Part shown: in pieces, positions 15,040 to 27,753 of the stretch
How positions within the stretch are numbered: position 1 is the stretch's first letter
Layout: each line of letters begins with the position of its first letter
The notes under the pieces: generated by a model
What the model was told of the DNA's origin: nothing
Seen by the model: the letters and a program-made list of their open reading frames with translations, nothing else
Database searches by the model: none
Position numbers and translations under genes: made by a program
Source: Octopus vulgaris
Lineage: Eukaryota
Reading direction: 5' to 3'
NCBI GenBank assembly: GCA_951406725.2
Contig: OX597828.1
Span: 67,146,001 to 67,210,000 of the forward strand
DNA: 64,000 nucleotides

Positions 15040-15830
15040 TTCTAATTAACTAACTAACTAACTAACTAATGTAAATTGTCAATCCATCGTAGTCAATGCA
15101 TTTCAAAATGAGCAGCATTCGCCTTGACCATAGCCTGCAAACGATTAGTCACTGAGTTGAATGAGCACCGTACCACCTCCTCATCCAATTTAATCCTTGG
15201 AGAAAGAAGGGTTTTCTTCAAATCTGACACATTTGAATAGGAGCGAGCAGAAGCATTACTCTCTAAGATGGACCAGATAACAAAGTGCATAGGATTGACG
15301 TCTGGACTTGAAGCCATATCGTCTTGTCCCCAAAACTGCTGAAATGCTCTTTCCACCACCTCTGTGTTAAAGTGGATGTGTGGGCCGCAGTCCCGTCTTG
15401 AGTGAAGATGTAACGGTCACCAAAGGTTTCTGTAACCCAGGATAACACTTTCTCATCCAACATTTCCACATAAACATCACTGTGGACCTTGACGCCAGCA
15501 TCGATGGAGATTAAAGGAGACTTCGACCTATCAAATGCAACTGCGGTCCCCACAATGAGTGCAGCTGGCTTCTGACGGCGTAAATGACTCCTGCTACCCT
15601 CGGCCAAGTCCCCTGCTGTCTTCAGGCAAGCCTTCTGCATTACGTGCATAAAGTCTGCTGTTCTGCCTGTTGGTAGCTGCTTCCACAGTGACGATCTCGT
15701 CGCATCAGATCAACACTTTGTTAGCGGCACGCTTCATGGTTTTACCACTATCGAGTCGTTTCATCTTGAAAGCTGCTGAAATTAATTGCCAGGGTTGTTT
15801 CTTGTACGCAGTTGGCTTTAATTCTTCTTT
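15040..15830 (-). mobile_element. Tc1/mariner (maT/DD37D-like) transposase relic
   Basis: GVKVHSDVYVEML..FTQDGTAAHTS..SSPDVNPMHFVIWSILES in ORFs 15263-15649 and 15093-15359. Confidence 0.85.
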
Positions 15831-15834
15831 AAAC

Positions 15835-16770
15835 ATTCTGTGCCATGCTTTTTTTTGTTCATTTCTTGTTTAAATTGTTTTTTAGTTACACAATTTCCAG
15901 TGTTGACGACACCGGATTTCTTTGTATGTTTTAACAATGGCTTCACGTCATGTTTTACATACTAGGCTGTTTTTCTCTTCTTCGATACAGTCCTGGCAAC
16001 TGATCAAAGCTCTTCCACCGTTTCTTCCGGGCAAGTACAGCCTATATGTGTTACTCTTCCGGTGGAAGGCTCCGTGTACTGTCAACATTTTTCTGATCTT
16101 GGTATCCATTTTCTTCATTTCTCTCTTTTGCCATTTTATAATTCCTGCTCCATACCGAGGTGATGCTAACATCCACGTATTAACTGCTTGGATTTCATTC
16201 CATCCACTCAATTTTGAGTGCAACAACAACCTCGGTCTTCGGAAATACTCCATTTTCAGTTGCTCTTTCATTTCCTTTTCCATTATCTCATTGCACTCTT
16301 GTACACCAAGGTATTTGTATCCTTCCGTTTCAATTTGTTTAATCAAGTCTCTATTTGGTAATTCCATTCCTGTTAGGGACTGTCCCTTGCCTCTTTTTAG
16401 GTAGATTATTCTGCACTTCTCGAGTCCAAATTTCATTCTAATATCAATTCTTGTTGTTGTTGTTTTACTTCTCGGAGCTCTCGATCTTACTTGTTCTGGT
16501 TAGTTCTGTGTGAGCGGACAGCGACCTGTTAGAAGTCTCACAGGGACTCTTTCCGCAAATTATAAGCTTTGCTGACCGTATGTTAACTTATTGTGGAAGA
16601 CACTCAACACTCAAGCGCCAATCTCAAAACCCTAATCGTCCCCTATAGAGCAGTCTTTGGACCTTCTCTACCCTCTCGTCGATTCCAATTTCTCCGACAT
16701 ATTTCTCGAACCCGGTTGCTAGTTTTCTGAATGCCCCTACAACTATTGGGATAACAGCTACTACTTTCAT
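15835..16770 (-). mobile_element. R4/Dong-like non-LTR retrotransposon fragments
   Basis: MKFGLEKC..YKYLGV..AVNTW..RYGAGIIKW..RLYLP.RNGGRAL (15948-16436); separate C-terminal piece VIPIVVGA at ~16700-16770 next to (ATT)n/(ATC)n. Confidence 0.75.
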
Positions 16771-18379
16771 ATTATTATTATTATTATCATCATCATCATC
16801 ATCATCATCATTATTATTATTGAGTGAGAGCGCAGTGCATGGTGATCTGATATCAAGATAAACAGTACATGACCTTGAAGGCGGGGGCCAGTTAGAATTT
16901 TCTTCGGGTCAAGTAGCCCATCCTGCTCAAAAGGACGCTGAATAAGGTTTGTTTAAGGATGATGAATGAAAAACCCATGGCTATGATGCTCCCCCACTAC
17001 TTCTGCTCGTGATCAGAGATGCACATATCGTCAGCTGCTAAGGGACATGTTCAACTGGTTATGGTCAAACAACTGACAGGCAAATCTGTGGTATTGAGCA
17101 GAATATTTGCTGTAGCCCATCTTTTATACCAAGACGAAGCAATGTACATGATAACACTTCCAATCAGTTAAGATCAGAAGCCATGAGAGCCACTGTCTTG
17201 TACTGCATCAGGGCATTAGGCTGAAGAACCAAAAAATATTCCCCTGAATTCCACAATGTCAATATTCTGCCAATTTCTGAAAACTAGGATAATGCTCAAT
17301 AATAAAACTTCAAGAAAATAGATATGTCATTAGGACTATAAGGAAATTAAAGTGTGGGCTTTCTAGGTTGAAATATTGATTATGGACGTTGCGTGTACAA
17401 AATATTTCTTATGGACACGAATTAAAATTCAAAACTTAAAAACATACGTCAAAAGTACATTAGTTTATACACGCAAGAAATGACAAGAAAAATGCACAAA
17501 ATATAAGAAAATGTATTGAGATTGCTTAGTGGTCCATAAAATGCTGGGTTTTAATAGAATACAGCAACGCGCTGCCAAAGTATGTTTGGACAATTCCAAG
17601 TAAAATAAAGCAAATAAAAAAACAGTGACCTTTATTCATACAATTCTACTTCTAAAAGGGTTAAAGGTGAGCTGTGCAGGATAAAGAAACCCTGTAAAGT
17701 CTAAAACTATTCTTAAATCCCAAATCTGATTTCAGTTTGGCATTTTTACATGTGAAGAACTTTCTATGGGAAAAGAAAACGAAGGTCAAAGGGTTTACAT
17801 AGAATCAATCTCATTTTCTGGTCTTTATAGACCCAGTCGCTTCCTGGTAATAATAAATCTGCCTCACTCTGGCCGTTCGACTTGCTAGAAATACTAGCTG
17901 AGTCAAATTATGACCAACCGTTTTAAAAACAGCAAATAGATAAATGGAAGACAGGACGGTCACATCTGGAACTTTATTGATCGTATGTTTGTTTGATCAG
18001 AGTTGTTTCCGTACAAACACACAGGTAAACAGCACCGCCACCGACCTTGCCACTTCCATCAACAATTTCAGCAGCAGCAGCAGCAGCAGCAATAAAGCCG
18101 TCATGTACGGACGAATAAATTGTTCGATCTGCTGTAAACATCAGCCAAATTACCTCCATCCTGGGGCCTGAATGGTAAAAAATGACGTCGCAGCTGGAAC
18201 ATCATCGGTCTATGGTGTGCTAGATCAGATTTGAGCAGGAACTAAAGCCCGGTTGTTCACCCAATTGTTGATAAATAGGGAGACACCGGGAACAAAAACC
18301 ATGGTGGTGACAACAGCTTTTATCATAGTGTGGTCAACATACATATATACAAACAAATGCACACACAAACACATTACAT

Positions 18380-18577
18380 GGCGATCCTTCGGTATAGGTA
18401 CTGTAAGTACCGGAAGTGGCTTTGTTTACATTTATGAAGATAACAGAAACCCTTTTCTCCCACCCCTAACCCTAACCCTAACACAAACTCTAACCCTAAC
18501 CCTAACCCGCCCCCCATATATATAAAAAAACACTTGAAATGTATCCGGTACTCCGGTACCTATAGCGAAGTTACACC
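18380..18577 (-). mobile_element. MITE with internal telomere-like (CCCTAA)n
   Basis: Subterminal inverted repeat cttcggtataggtac / gtacctatagcgaag; flanking direct repeat CATTACAT (18372-18379, 18578-18585); second copy at 39711-39899. Confidence 0.85.
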
Positions 18578-18816
18578 CATTACATATACAAACTCATACA
18601 TGCACACATACATATACACATACACGCAAGCATACATAAGCACATACATACATGCATACATACACATATACATACATGCACGCATGCGTATATACACTTA
18701 TTCAAATACATGCATGCATATTGCGTACATACACACGGCAATATAATAATCGCATACAAACCTCTGCTTATATGTGTGTGCGAGTGTGCATGTGTGTGTA
18801 TCCACCACTTCTACCA

Positions 18817-19385
18817 TGCAAACTGGTACTCCGTCGGTCGCGACGACGCGGGTTCCAGCTGATCCTTCCTTCCTTCTCGAGCCATACCTGGCTCATAAGG
18901 GTCGGTTTCCCGGTTTCCTTGGCGTATAGGTTCCCCACCTGGACGGGACGCCGGTCCGTCGCAGGTGAGTTGCAAGATGCAGGAGGAAAGAATGAGAGAA
19001 AGTTGTGGCGAAAGAGTCAGCAGAAGGTCGCCATTACCTTCTGCCGGAGTCGCGTGGAGCTTAGGTGATTCGAACCCGCGATCTCTCGACCGCGAGTCCG
19101 CTGCTCTAACCACTAAGCCATGTGCCTCCACTCCAACTGATCCGATCAAAAGGAACAGCCTGTTCATGAATGTAGCGTGCAATTAGCCGTGCATTCCACA
19201 GACACGTCTACCCTTAACGTAGTTCCCATGGAGATTCAGCGTGACACCGTTCGTGGTAATGCTGACCCTTTTGAAATGCAGGTACAACACATTCTTGCTA
19301 GATGAACGGACTGGAGCAAAGTGAAATGAAGTGTCCTTTTCAAGGAGACAATGCACCGCCGCCGGGAATCGAACTCATGCTCTCT
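18817..19385 (-). mobile_element. Nested SINEs: a tRNA-head SINE (18866-19131) inside an older family-A-type SINE
   Basis: 12-bp TSD tccagctgatcc/tccaactgatcc at 18854-18865 and 19132-19143; (GGAA)n tail on the minus strand; host SINE resumes after the TSD. Confidence 0.8.
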
Positions 19386-20732
19386 TTCAACCACACACAC
19401 ACACACACACACATTCATACGCACACTCACACATACATACACGCGCGCACACATGTGATGGAAGTGGTGGTGGTGGTGGTGGAACCCCATCATTTGATGG
19501 TGATGATTTAGTTATTTGATCAATAGAACTGCCTGCTTCGTGACTGTGTGGTTAAAAAGCTTGCTTCCCAACCACATGGTTCCGAGTTCAGTCCATCCAC
19601 GTGACACCTTGCCCAAGTGTCTTCCACTATAACCTTGGGCCGACTAAAGCCTTGCGAGTTGATTTGGTTGACGACGGAAACTGAAAGAAGCCTGTCAGTC
19701 AATTCAGGTCCACTAAAACTTTCTCCATGGTGATGCTCCAGCAAGGCCGTAGTCTTATGGCTGATACAACATAAAAGATGGATGATCTATGCAGTTGACC
19801 ATTCTACACATCCGTGTACACAGCATAATTCCCAAGAAGAATTTGCTGAAGGTGTGAGAAGGACGTATCTTTTCAAATACAGGTAAACGCCACCGGCGGG
19901 CTTCTTTACAGTTTCCGTCCAGCCAGTTCCATTCACAAGGCATGGATTCGTATCCAGAGTATAGAAAACACAACTGCCCAAGCCGCGTAGTATGCGAAGC
20001 GGATTTGTAAACTATTCGGTCAAACTATGCTTAGATGTTCATGTGTTCATGTGTGTGTGTGTGTGTGTGTGTGCTCACGCGGGTGCATGCATATGTGTGA
20101 CTGTTTATGTATATGTGTGTATATGTGTGTCCTTAAATTATGCACACACACACAGACACACGTGTGTGTAAGTATGCGCGTATGTAGACCTGTGTATGTA
20201 TATGCATATAGGTAAGTGTTAATGCATATATTTATACACCCACCTACACACATTTACATGTATGTATGTATGTATGTATGTATGTATGTATGTATGTATG
20301 TATGTATGTATGTATGTATGTATTGCGTGTATATGTGTGTGTGTAAGCATTGCATGTATATATGTGTGTATGCGTGTATATTTATGTATGTGTGTGTTTG
20401 TAAGAGCTGTTTCTCCATGTATGTATCCGTTGCGTGTATGCATTGCGTGTATATGAGTATGTCTGCATTGCGTGTCTATGTATGAGTGTGTTTGTATGAG
20501 TTATTTGCGTACAAAACCTTCGAAACCAATAGACATGTTGTGTGACCACATGGTGCGATCAGCTACATGCAATACTATCTGCTGTGTATATAATATTGAT
20601 TAAAGCAGCTGCCACGGCAATAGCTGTGGCAATTCGCACTCATTTTAGCTTCAAATGAAATTTTCCATCTTTATTGCATCATACTCTGAACAACAGATTT
20701 CGCATTCTTTTCGGTAACATTATTAGTACCCT

Positions 20733-21501
20733 AAGGCAGCGAGCTGGCAGAAACGTTAGCACGCCGCGCGAAATGCTTAGCGGTATTTCGTCTGCCGCTA
20801 CGTTCTGAGTTCAAATTCCTACGAGGTCGACTTTGCCTTTCATCCTTTCAAGGTCGATTAAATGAGTACCAGTTACGCACTGGGGTCGATATAATCGACT
20901 TACTCCGTTTGTCTGTCCTTGTTTGCCCCCTCTGTATTTAGCCCTTTGTGGGTAGTAAAGAAATAGGTATTTCGTCAGCCGCTACGTTATGAGTACAAAT
21001 TCCGCCGAGGTCGACTTTGCATTTCATCCTTTCGGGGTCGATTAAATGAGTACCAGTTACGCACTGGGGTCGATATAATCGACTTAATCCGTTTGTCTGT
21101 CCTTGTTTTCCCCCTCTGTGTTTAGCCCTTTGTGGGTAGTAAAGAAATAGGTATTTCGTCAGCCGCTACGTTATGAGTACAAATTCCGCCGAGGTCGACT
21201 TTGCCTTTCATCCTTTCGAGGTCGATTAAATGAGTACCAGTTACGCACTGGGGTCGATATAATCGACTTAATCCGTTTGTCTGTCCTTGTTTGTCCTCTC
21301 TGTGTTTAGCCCCTTGTGGGTAGTAAAGAAATAGGTATTTCGTCTGCCGTTACGTTCTGAGTTCAAATTCCGCCGAGGTCGACTTTGCCTTGCATCCTTT
21401 CGGGGTCGATAAATTAAGTACTTGTTGCGTACTGGAGTCGATCTAATTGACTGGCACCCTCCTCCAAAATTTCGGCCCTTGTGCCTAGAGTAGAAAAGAT
21501 T
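20733..21501 (+). mobile_element. SINE family B multimer: one head plus tandem 184-bp body units
   Basis: Units start at 20782, 20966, 21150 and 21334 (last one with an alternative 3' tail); flanking attattagtaccc / attattattaccc. Confidence 0.9.
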
Positions 21502-22189
21502 ATTATTATTACCCAGGTGGCAAATATATGATTATTATTATTATTCGCCCTGAAAAGGGCGATTGGAATATAATTGATGAGGTTTAGCGAAGGACTAGCA
21601 GTAGAAAGAAACGTAGTTGAGGCAGGGTTAGTCGAAAAGTTAGACGAGACTTCTAGAAATGGCATCGCGACCGACTTTGCTCGCAGTGAGATTGGCATTG
21701 AACCAATTCAACAACGCGAAACACGAAGGTTCCCCACCTGGACAGGACGGAATCCACAGAATGCCCACTGCATTTAAGTAAAAAAATAAAAAAATAAGAG
21801 AAAACAACAACAATAAAAGGGCTTTTATGTAAAATGGAAAACGTAACAATATTGTCTTCGAAACTAAGTCCTTACTCGAAGATTCATGTTTCCGGGCCTC
21901 AAACAAAGAACCTGGCATTTTGGAACTTTGGAAGTTCTTTTATATTCTCAATGATTAGCTGTTTTATTTTGGATCAGTCAACAGTTGCAGACAACGTCGA
22001 CGGTGACTATGGTTCGCAGGTGATCAGATGGCAGTGAATGCAAATGGCGGGAAACAATCGTGGAATGTGAAAGTATAAACAATCGGAGACAAGCGAAATT
22101 GAAAAGGATGGAGGGGATGTGGAAGAAATTAGATAGGATAAAAATGAGGAGGGCAAGAAGGAAGAGGTGGAGAAGGAGGAAGAAGAAGG

Positions 22190-22351
22190 ATAAGAAGAAG
22201 AAGGAGGAGGAAGAAGAAGAAGAAGAAGAAGAAGAAGAAGAAGAAGAACAAGAAGAAGAAGAAGGAGGAAGAAGAAGAAGAAGGAGGAAGAAGGAGGAGG
22301 AAGAAGAAGAAGAAGAAGAAGAAGAAGAAGAAGAAGAAGAAGAAGAAGAAG

Positions 22352-22380
<29 letters not shown>
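22190..22380. repeat. (GAA)n trinucleotide microsatellite
   Basis: Directly visible; source of the poly-E/poly-S ORFs. Confidence 0.95.
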
Positions 22381-22382
<2 letters not shown>

Positions 22383-22579
22383 GGAAGCGTAGGGGAGTAG
22401 AAGCACCATGTGTAAATGAAGGAAAGAAAGAAGGCGAAATATGAAGGAGAAAGCTAAAAAGCTATATGGAATATTAGCAAAGAAAAGAAATAATGGTTAG
22501 GCAGCAGTCAAAAGGTCTCCTTTCCTGCGGTTTTATAAACTTCTGTCGTGTTTACTGAGGAATGAAGTATTGTCTGAAA

Positions 22580-24116
22580 TCTTTATATATATAAAACTGA
22601 GAATGTGTGTCTGTCTGTGTGTTTCCCTAAAACTTGAGAACTACACAACTAATTTCATTCAAATTTTACACATGCCTTACTTAGAGTCCAGGGAGTGTCA
22701 TCGGCAAAAAAAAATTAACTTTTTGCCTAGGGCGAGCCCACAGCAATATCATATCTTCTCCACTACGATTCCTTAAGACTTGAGAACTACTCAACCAATT
22801 TCATTCAAATTTTACACATGCCTAACTTAGGGTCCATGTAGTTTCATGGGCAAAAAAAATGTTCAACTTCTTGCTTAGAGCGAGCCCATATCTTCTCCAC
22901 TATTTCAGTATTACGTGTTAAAAGTGAAACAAAAACATTTTGTCTATTTTATGTCAGATGTTTTCAATTTAACAATAAAAATAATAATAAGTAATAATTA
23001 AAATCAAACTAAAGTATAATATAATCGTAACATAACAAAAGTAAAAATAGCAATTGGTATAAAATTGCATCAATGATTTGAACTTGAATAAGTGGTTTTA
23101 CATGAATGAGAATAAATTAAAAATAAAATTAGCGTGCAGAAATGGAATAGTCCATAAAGGACTATAGCTTCAACTGCGTACTGTTTTTTTTTATTCACTG
23201 TAAGGTTTGTTATTATTATTACTGTTTAGCTATTGTTATCACGTTTGTTGGTTCCTCGTAAAACAAATGTTGTTGTGTTGCATTTGTTAAATAATTGTAA
23301 ACTGTAACCCTCCTCCTTTGGGAGACGGAGCTTTGGTTATTGTTTAAAAATTGAATTGTGTCCCTGTTTGGGGAAATTGGCAATATTTTCACCGTTTACA
23401 CGGAAGCATTTTTGCTAGAATACCTTCGATAGAAGAAAGTCCAAAAATGAATTTCGCTGCAGCCGTCGGCGGGCGCGAACTCATTGAAATTAAAATGGAA
23501 GAAATACGGATTGATCACCGACGGTGAATCTAGGATAACACCACCAAATGAAATAAAAAATTAAATTAAAGAAAAAACTATTGTCTATAAAGTATACAAT
23601 GTAGAGAAAAAAAAGATTTGAGCACCTGGAGGAAAGCACCATCGAAAAGTGTCTTGGTGTGACTATGAAAGATATCAAAGCAGAGGCGGTAAATTCGCAA
23701 CAATAGAAGCAAGGTTCGAGTGAACGGAGCGTGCAAGGGAGTACTCGACTCGAACTTGCAAAGTGGAAATATTTTATTTTTACCTTTATATCTGGGACAT
23801 AGGACGTCCTTGAAAAAAATTTAAAATGCCCCCACCCCCACCCCGAAGTAGAGTTAGGTTGGATTGTAGCCACACCTCTATACAAGAGGGAGGACAAGAT
23901 ACAATTGATCGAAATTACAAGAGACGGGCTAACAATTCCAGTCTGTTATATATTTTGAGTATTGTTATCACTAGCGATATCAAGATATAACTTTGTATTT
24001 TGTATTTTATGTGTAGATGTATATATATAGATGTACATGTAATATGTACACATATATATACACATATATACATGCACTAGCACTATGACCCGGCACCGAC
24101 GGGTCTTTAATGCTAG
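22580..24116 (+). mobile_element. Non-autonomous Helitron with internal ~147-bp tandem repeats
   Basis: A|TC 5' end; 3' hairpin GACCCG-gcaccga-CGGGTC followed by CTAG|T; two internal repeats at ~22630-22905; a second head follows immediately at 24117-24234. Confidence 0.85.
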
Positions 24117-24234
24117 TATATATATAAAACTGAGAATGTGTGTCTGTCTGTATGAATCCCTAAAACTTGGGAACTACAAAACTAATTTCATTCAAACTTT
24201 ACACATGCATTACTTAGGGTCCATGTAGTGTCAT

Positions 24235-24439
24235 GAGCTCGCTCTGGGCGCCATTGGGGCGACTGTACACAGTTACCGACCCACAGTCGACGCTATGGCG
24301 ACCAGAGCTCGCTCTGGGCGCCATTGGGACGTCTGTACACAGCTACCGGCCCACAGTCGACGCTATGGCGACCAGAGCTCGCTCTGGGCGCCATTGAGGC
24401 GAATGTACACAGCCACCGGCCCACAGTCGACGCTATGGC
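24235..24439. repeat. GC-rich 70-bp tandem repeat x3
   Basis: Units start at 24235, 24305 and 24375 (gagctcgctctgggcgccatt...cagtcgacgctatggcgacca). Confidence 0.95.
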
Positions 24440-25223
24440 ATTGGTGTCACTATTACAAACGGGTTGAGTTGGGTTAGCGTCGACCTTGCAAATTAAATAA
24501 AATTTGAGATACGTGGAACGTCAAAGCTGCTAACAAAAACAGGACAGTGAAAACATTCGGTAAGGGCTGTTTAACCCTAACAAGGTGAAGTGGTGAACGC
24601 CGGAGAAAAAAAGCTTTGTCAAGAGACAGACAAGAATACGTGTTATATTTATAAACTGAACGAAAAGAAAAGAATTACATTTAGAAATAGAGATCTATAA
24701 TTATTGAGGACAGAATCTAAGTTATAAGTAGAGAACCATAAATATTGTATTATGCATAAAGTGGTGGCTTACATTCGGGGCTTCCAATTTCTCTGTAAAA
24801 TACAAGATAGTCGCAAAAGCATCGCACATGTCACCATCGATTACAAACACCGATGGAAGATAAAAGTTCCAGAGGACATTCTTGTCCTTTCGTTTGTACA
24901 AGAATCATATAATGTTTCGGCTTAAAATAAATTATAGATACAAATATAATGTACAGAAATATATAAAAACCAGAATAGAAAATAAACGTCTTAGGCATAT
25001 AAACTGAGATAACATGAGATATCAAGGTGTTTTAAACTTGAAACCTACTAGAATATCATAGATAATATATATCAAGTCATCCAATCAGTTCTGTCCAATT
25101 TTACCCTTTTTTTTTAGATTTGAATGAAATTTAATAGTATTTTCAAATGTCTAATTCAATTAAAAATTATTTTTATGCATTTGTGTACGTTTAAACTAAT
25201 TCAATATTGTTTTACAAAATAAT

Positions 25224-26501
25224 AGAGGGTGTCAAAAAAGTCTGCGTACATGGGGATTAACACATACTTTTAAAACAAACCAATTTTATTTAATTATAAT
25301 GTTAATAAATAATATTTTCAAAGTGATTTCCATCATTTTTCAATGCATGGCTTGATGCGCCTTGCAAAATTCAGGTGAACTTGATTAAATAAGTCTACAT
25401 TGCCATCAATTTCAGCACACTGACTGGTAATGCGTTCTCTCATGTGTTTTAAATCTGTAATCTTTCTCTTTCAACATATCCCAGAAAAATGAATCAAGGG
25501 GAGCAAGGTCTGGTGAACGAGGGGACCTTTCCATATGAGCCCTTCTTCCAATCCAGTGAGGAAAAGTGTCATTAAGCCAATCTCTAACAGTTGTGGCAAA
25601 ATGGGTAGGGGCCCCATCCTGCTGAAACCAATTCGGAAGGCCCTCGCCTAGGCGCTCAATTTGAGATATTAATTTGTCTCTCAATATGTTTACATAAGTC
25701 TCATCCGTTACATGTTCAATGAAGAAGGGTCCTAGAACATGAGCTTTCCACAAACCACACCACACCATCACCTTTTTGATGCCTTGCTGTTTGGATGGAT
25801 CCATCCAATGTGGATTACCTCGAGACCAGTATAGAAGATTCTGCCTGTTGACCTCACCATTTACATAAAACGTAGCTTTGTCACTGAACAACAAAGTTTT
25901 TCGTAAAATTGATATTTTCATCCAATTTATCTGAAAACCATTCGCACGTCTACATTCGTCTATCAGGGTCGTCTTCATTTAAGTGATGCAATATCTGTAG
26001 GTTGTATAGATGAAACTTTTCCTCAACCAGTATTTTGTGGATGGTTGGTTTTGGAACACCTAACACCGTGGATGTCCGACGAAGTGATTTCTTGGGCTAG
26101 CAGAAACTTTAGCCATGACAGCCTCTTTCGTTTCATCTGAAGTCTTTGGTCGCCCGGAACGGGGTTTATCCAAAACACTGCCTGTTTCTTTAAATTTCTT
26201 GATCAATTTCCCGACGGCAGTAAAAAAATAGGTTACCTATAAGGGTGTCGAAGATTAAATTCTTCCGCAATTTTGCGATAAGACCATCCCTCTCGTCCAC
26301 TTAATAATACTAACTCGATTCTTTCTTCTTTAGACAGAGCCATCATTCGATCATCTATAGAAAAAATAACAAATAAATTTAGAAAAGTAAAGTATTTTTT
26401 AAATTTAATTTAAACAAAAGTAAAAAAGGAAAATTATTATTTCTTATATTTGTTTATGTTATGATTTTATTGCATGTACCCAGACTTCGTGGGCACCCTA
26501 A
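25224..26501 (-). mobile_element. Near full-length decayed Tc1/mariner element of the DD41D (rosa/VS)-like group
   Basis: Imperfect TIRs agggtgtcaaaaaagtctgcgtacatg / catgtacccagacttcgtgggcaccct; transposase start MALSKEERIELVLL (~26343), FSD.ATFYVNG, FQQDGAPTH..SPDLAPLD with 40 residues between the second and third D. Confidence 0.9.
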
Positions 26502-26757
26502 AATTGCTTTGATTAAAACCCTTTCAACATGAAAGTATCCAAGGAGCATTTAAGGCACATATAATTCTTTATGAGTACAATAAAGGTAACTCTGCAGCCG
26601 AAGTGACTCGAAACATACACTCAGTGGAGACGTATTGATGGAGACGTATTGTGCAACAAAATGGTTCAGATTTGGTTCATTAAAAATATAATGGCAAGCA
26701 TTTAGTGACCTTTACTTTCTTTTAAAAATCGGAACGAACTTTCCGGAAAACCCAATA
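26502..26757 (+). mobile_element. Internally deleted mariner (Mos1-like) element, right part
   Basis: MKVSKEHLRH..LYEYNKGNSAAEVTRNI N-terminus (frameshifted) and TIR aaaatcggaacgaactttccggaaaacccaata; possible degenerate left TIR near 25069-25102. Confidence 0.65.
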
Positions 26758-27136
26758 TAAACATAACGATGAAATACGAATATAAGCATGAAAAATAAAA
26801 ACCTAAATTGAAAGAGGCGATTAAATTTTTTTTCCTAACCTGCAGCCGATTCAGAAAAGTGGTTGTACGAAGTATTCGAAATTCAGCCCTCCTTCCTCAA
26901 CGTTCTTTCTCGAGGTAAAATCCAGCAAAAAGCATTAAGGCACTACATGGTGAATATTCAGTTAGTGAAAGTTCAGTTTTTGAGTATCGATGAATAAGTC
27001 ACAGCAGTATATCATATTCTGAAGATTTTCAAGATTTTCACGTTTAAATAAGAAATGAAAATCATTGAAAGTTAATCATGCAAATAAAAGCCAATGGGAA
27101 TATTCCACTCTCTACTATGAAAAAATAATTTAAGAG

Positions 27137-27294
27137 GTATTGGCAACATGAATGACAATGGCCAGAGACTACTTGGATTTTGCACATACCATCACCTGTG
27201 CATCACTAACACATTCTTTGCCAACAAGACATCCCACAAGGCATCTTGGAGACATCCAAGGTCTCACCACTGGCATCAGCTGGATCTCATCATT
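27137..27294 (+). mobile_element. Duplicate of the 5' end of the adjacent RTE LINE
   Basis: Nearly identical to 27754-27912, with the same left breakpoint ggtattggcaac. Confidence 0.9.
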
Positions 27295-27637
27295 TGTGCA
27301 TAAGTGTTCATTGGATCTAATCATCTAATTGGACCGTATTTTCAAAAAGCTTTTATATTCTAAAAAATTATATTTTAAAGTTTAAGAAAATTATAAGACG
27401 CTAAATATTTATGCTTACAACATACTAAAATGTCTGTAATATTTTATATAGGGGTGAATAAATGAATTCTTGTGTCCCCTATATCTAATTTTAAAATTAG
27501 TAGTACTCCCTATATAAATTTTCCTAAGTCCGGAGCGTTAAACTAATAACCTTGTTTGCTGTTTACACACCCGTCTTCGTCTTTTGTTCGTTTCTTTTGT
27601 AAATTCCAAATATATATGTATGTATGTGTGTGTATGC

Positions 27638-27678
<41 letters not shown>

Positions 27679-27753
27679 TTTCGCAGACAGGAACTGAAAC
27701 AAATCGATCGTATATATTATATATGTATGTATATATGTAAGTGTATGTGTTTT

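Noticed and set aside
18464-18508. True telomere or chromosome-fusion scar
   Set aside because: Only a few degenerate CCCTAA units, and they lie inside a MITE bounded by inverted repeats and a TSD.
20782-21410. Retrozyme or ribozyme in the 184-bp tandem unit
   Set aside because: No hammerhead core plus GAAA/NUH arrangement found by eye in the unit.
21978-22409. Poly-Glu/Ser protein exon
   Set aside because: (GAA)n microsatellite with no flanking coding signal.
24235-24439. CRISPR-like array
   Set aside because: Units are contiguous and nearly identical with no unique spacers; eukaryotic context, no cas genes.
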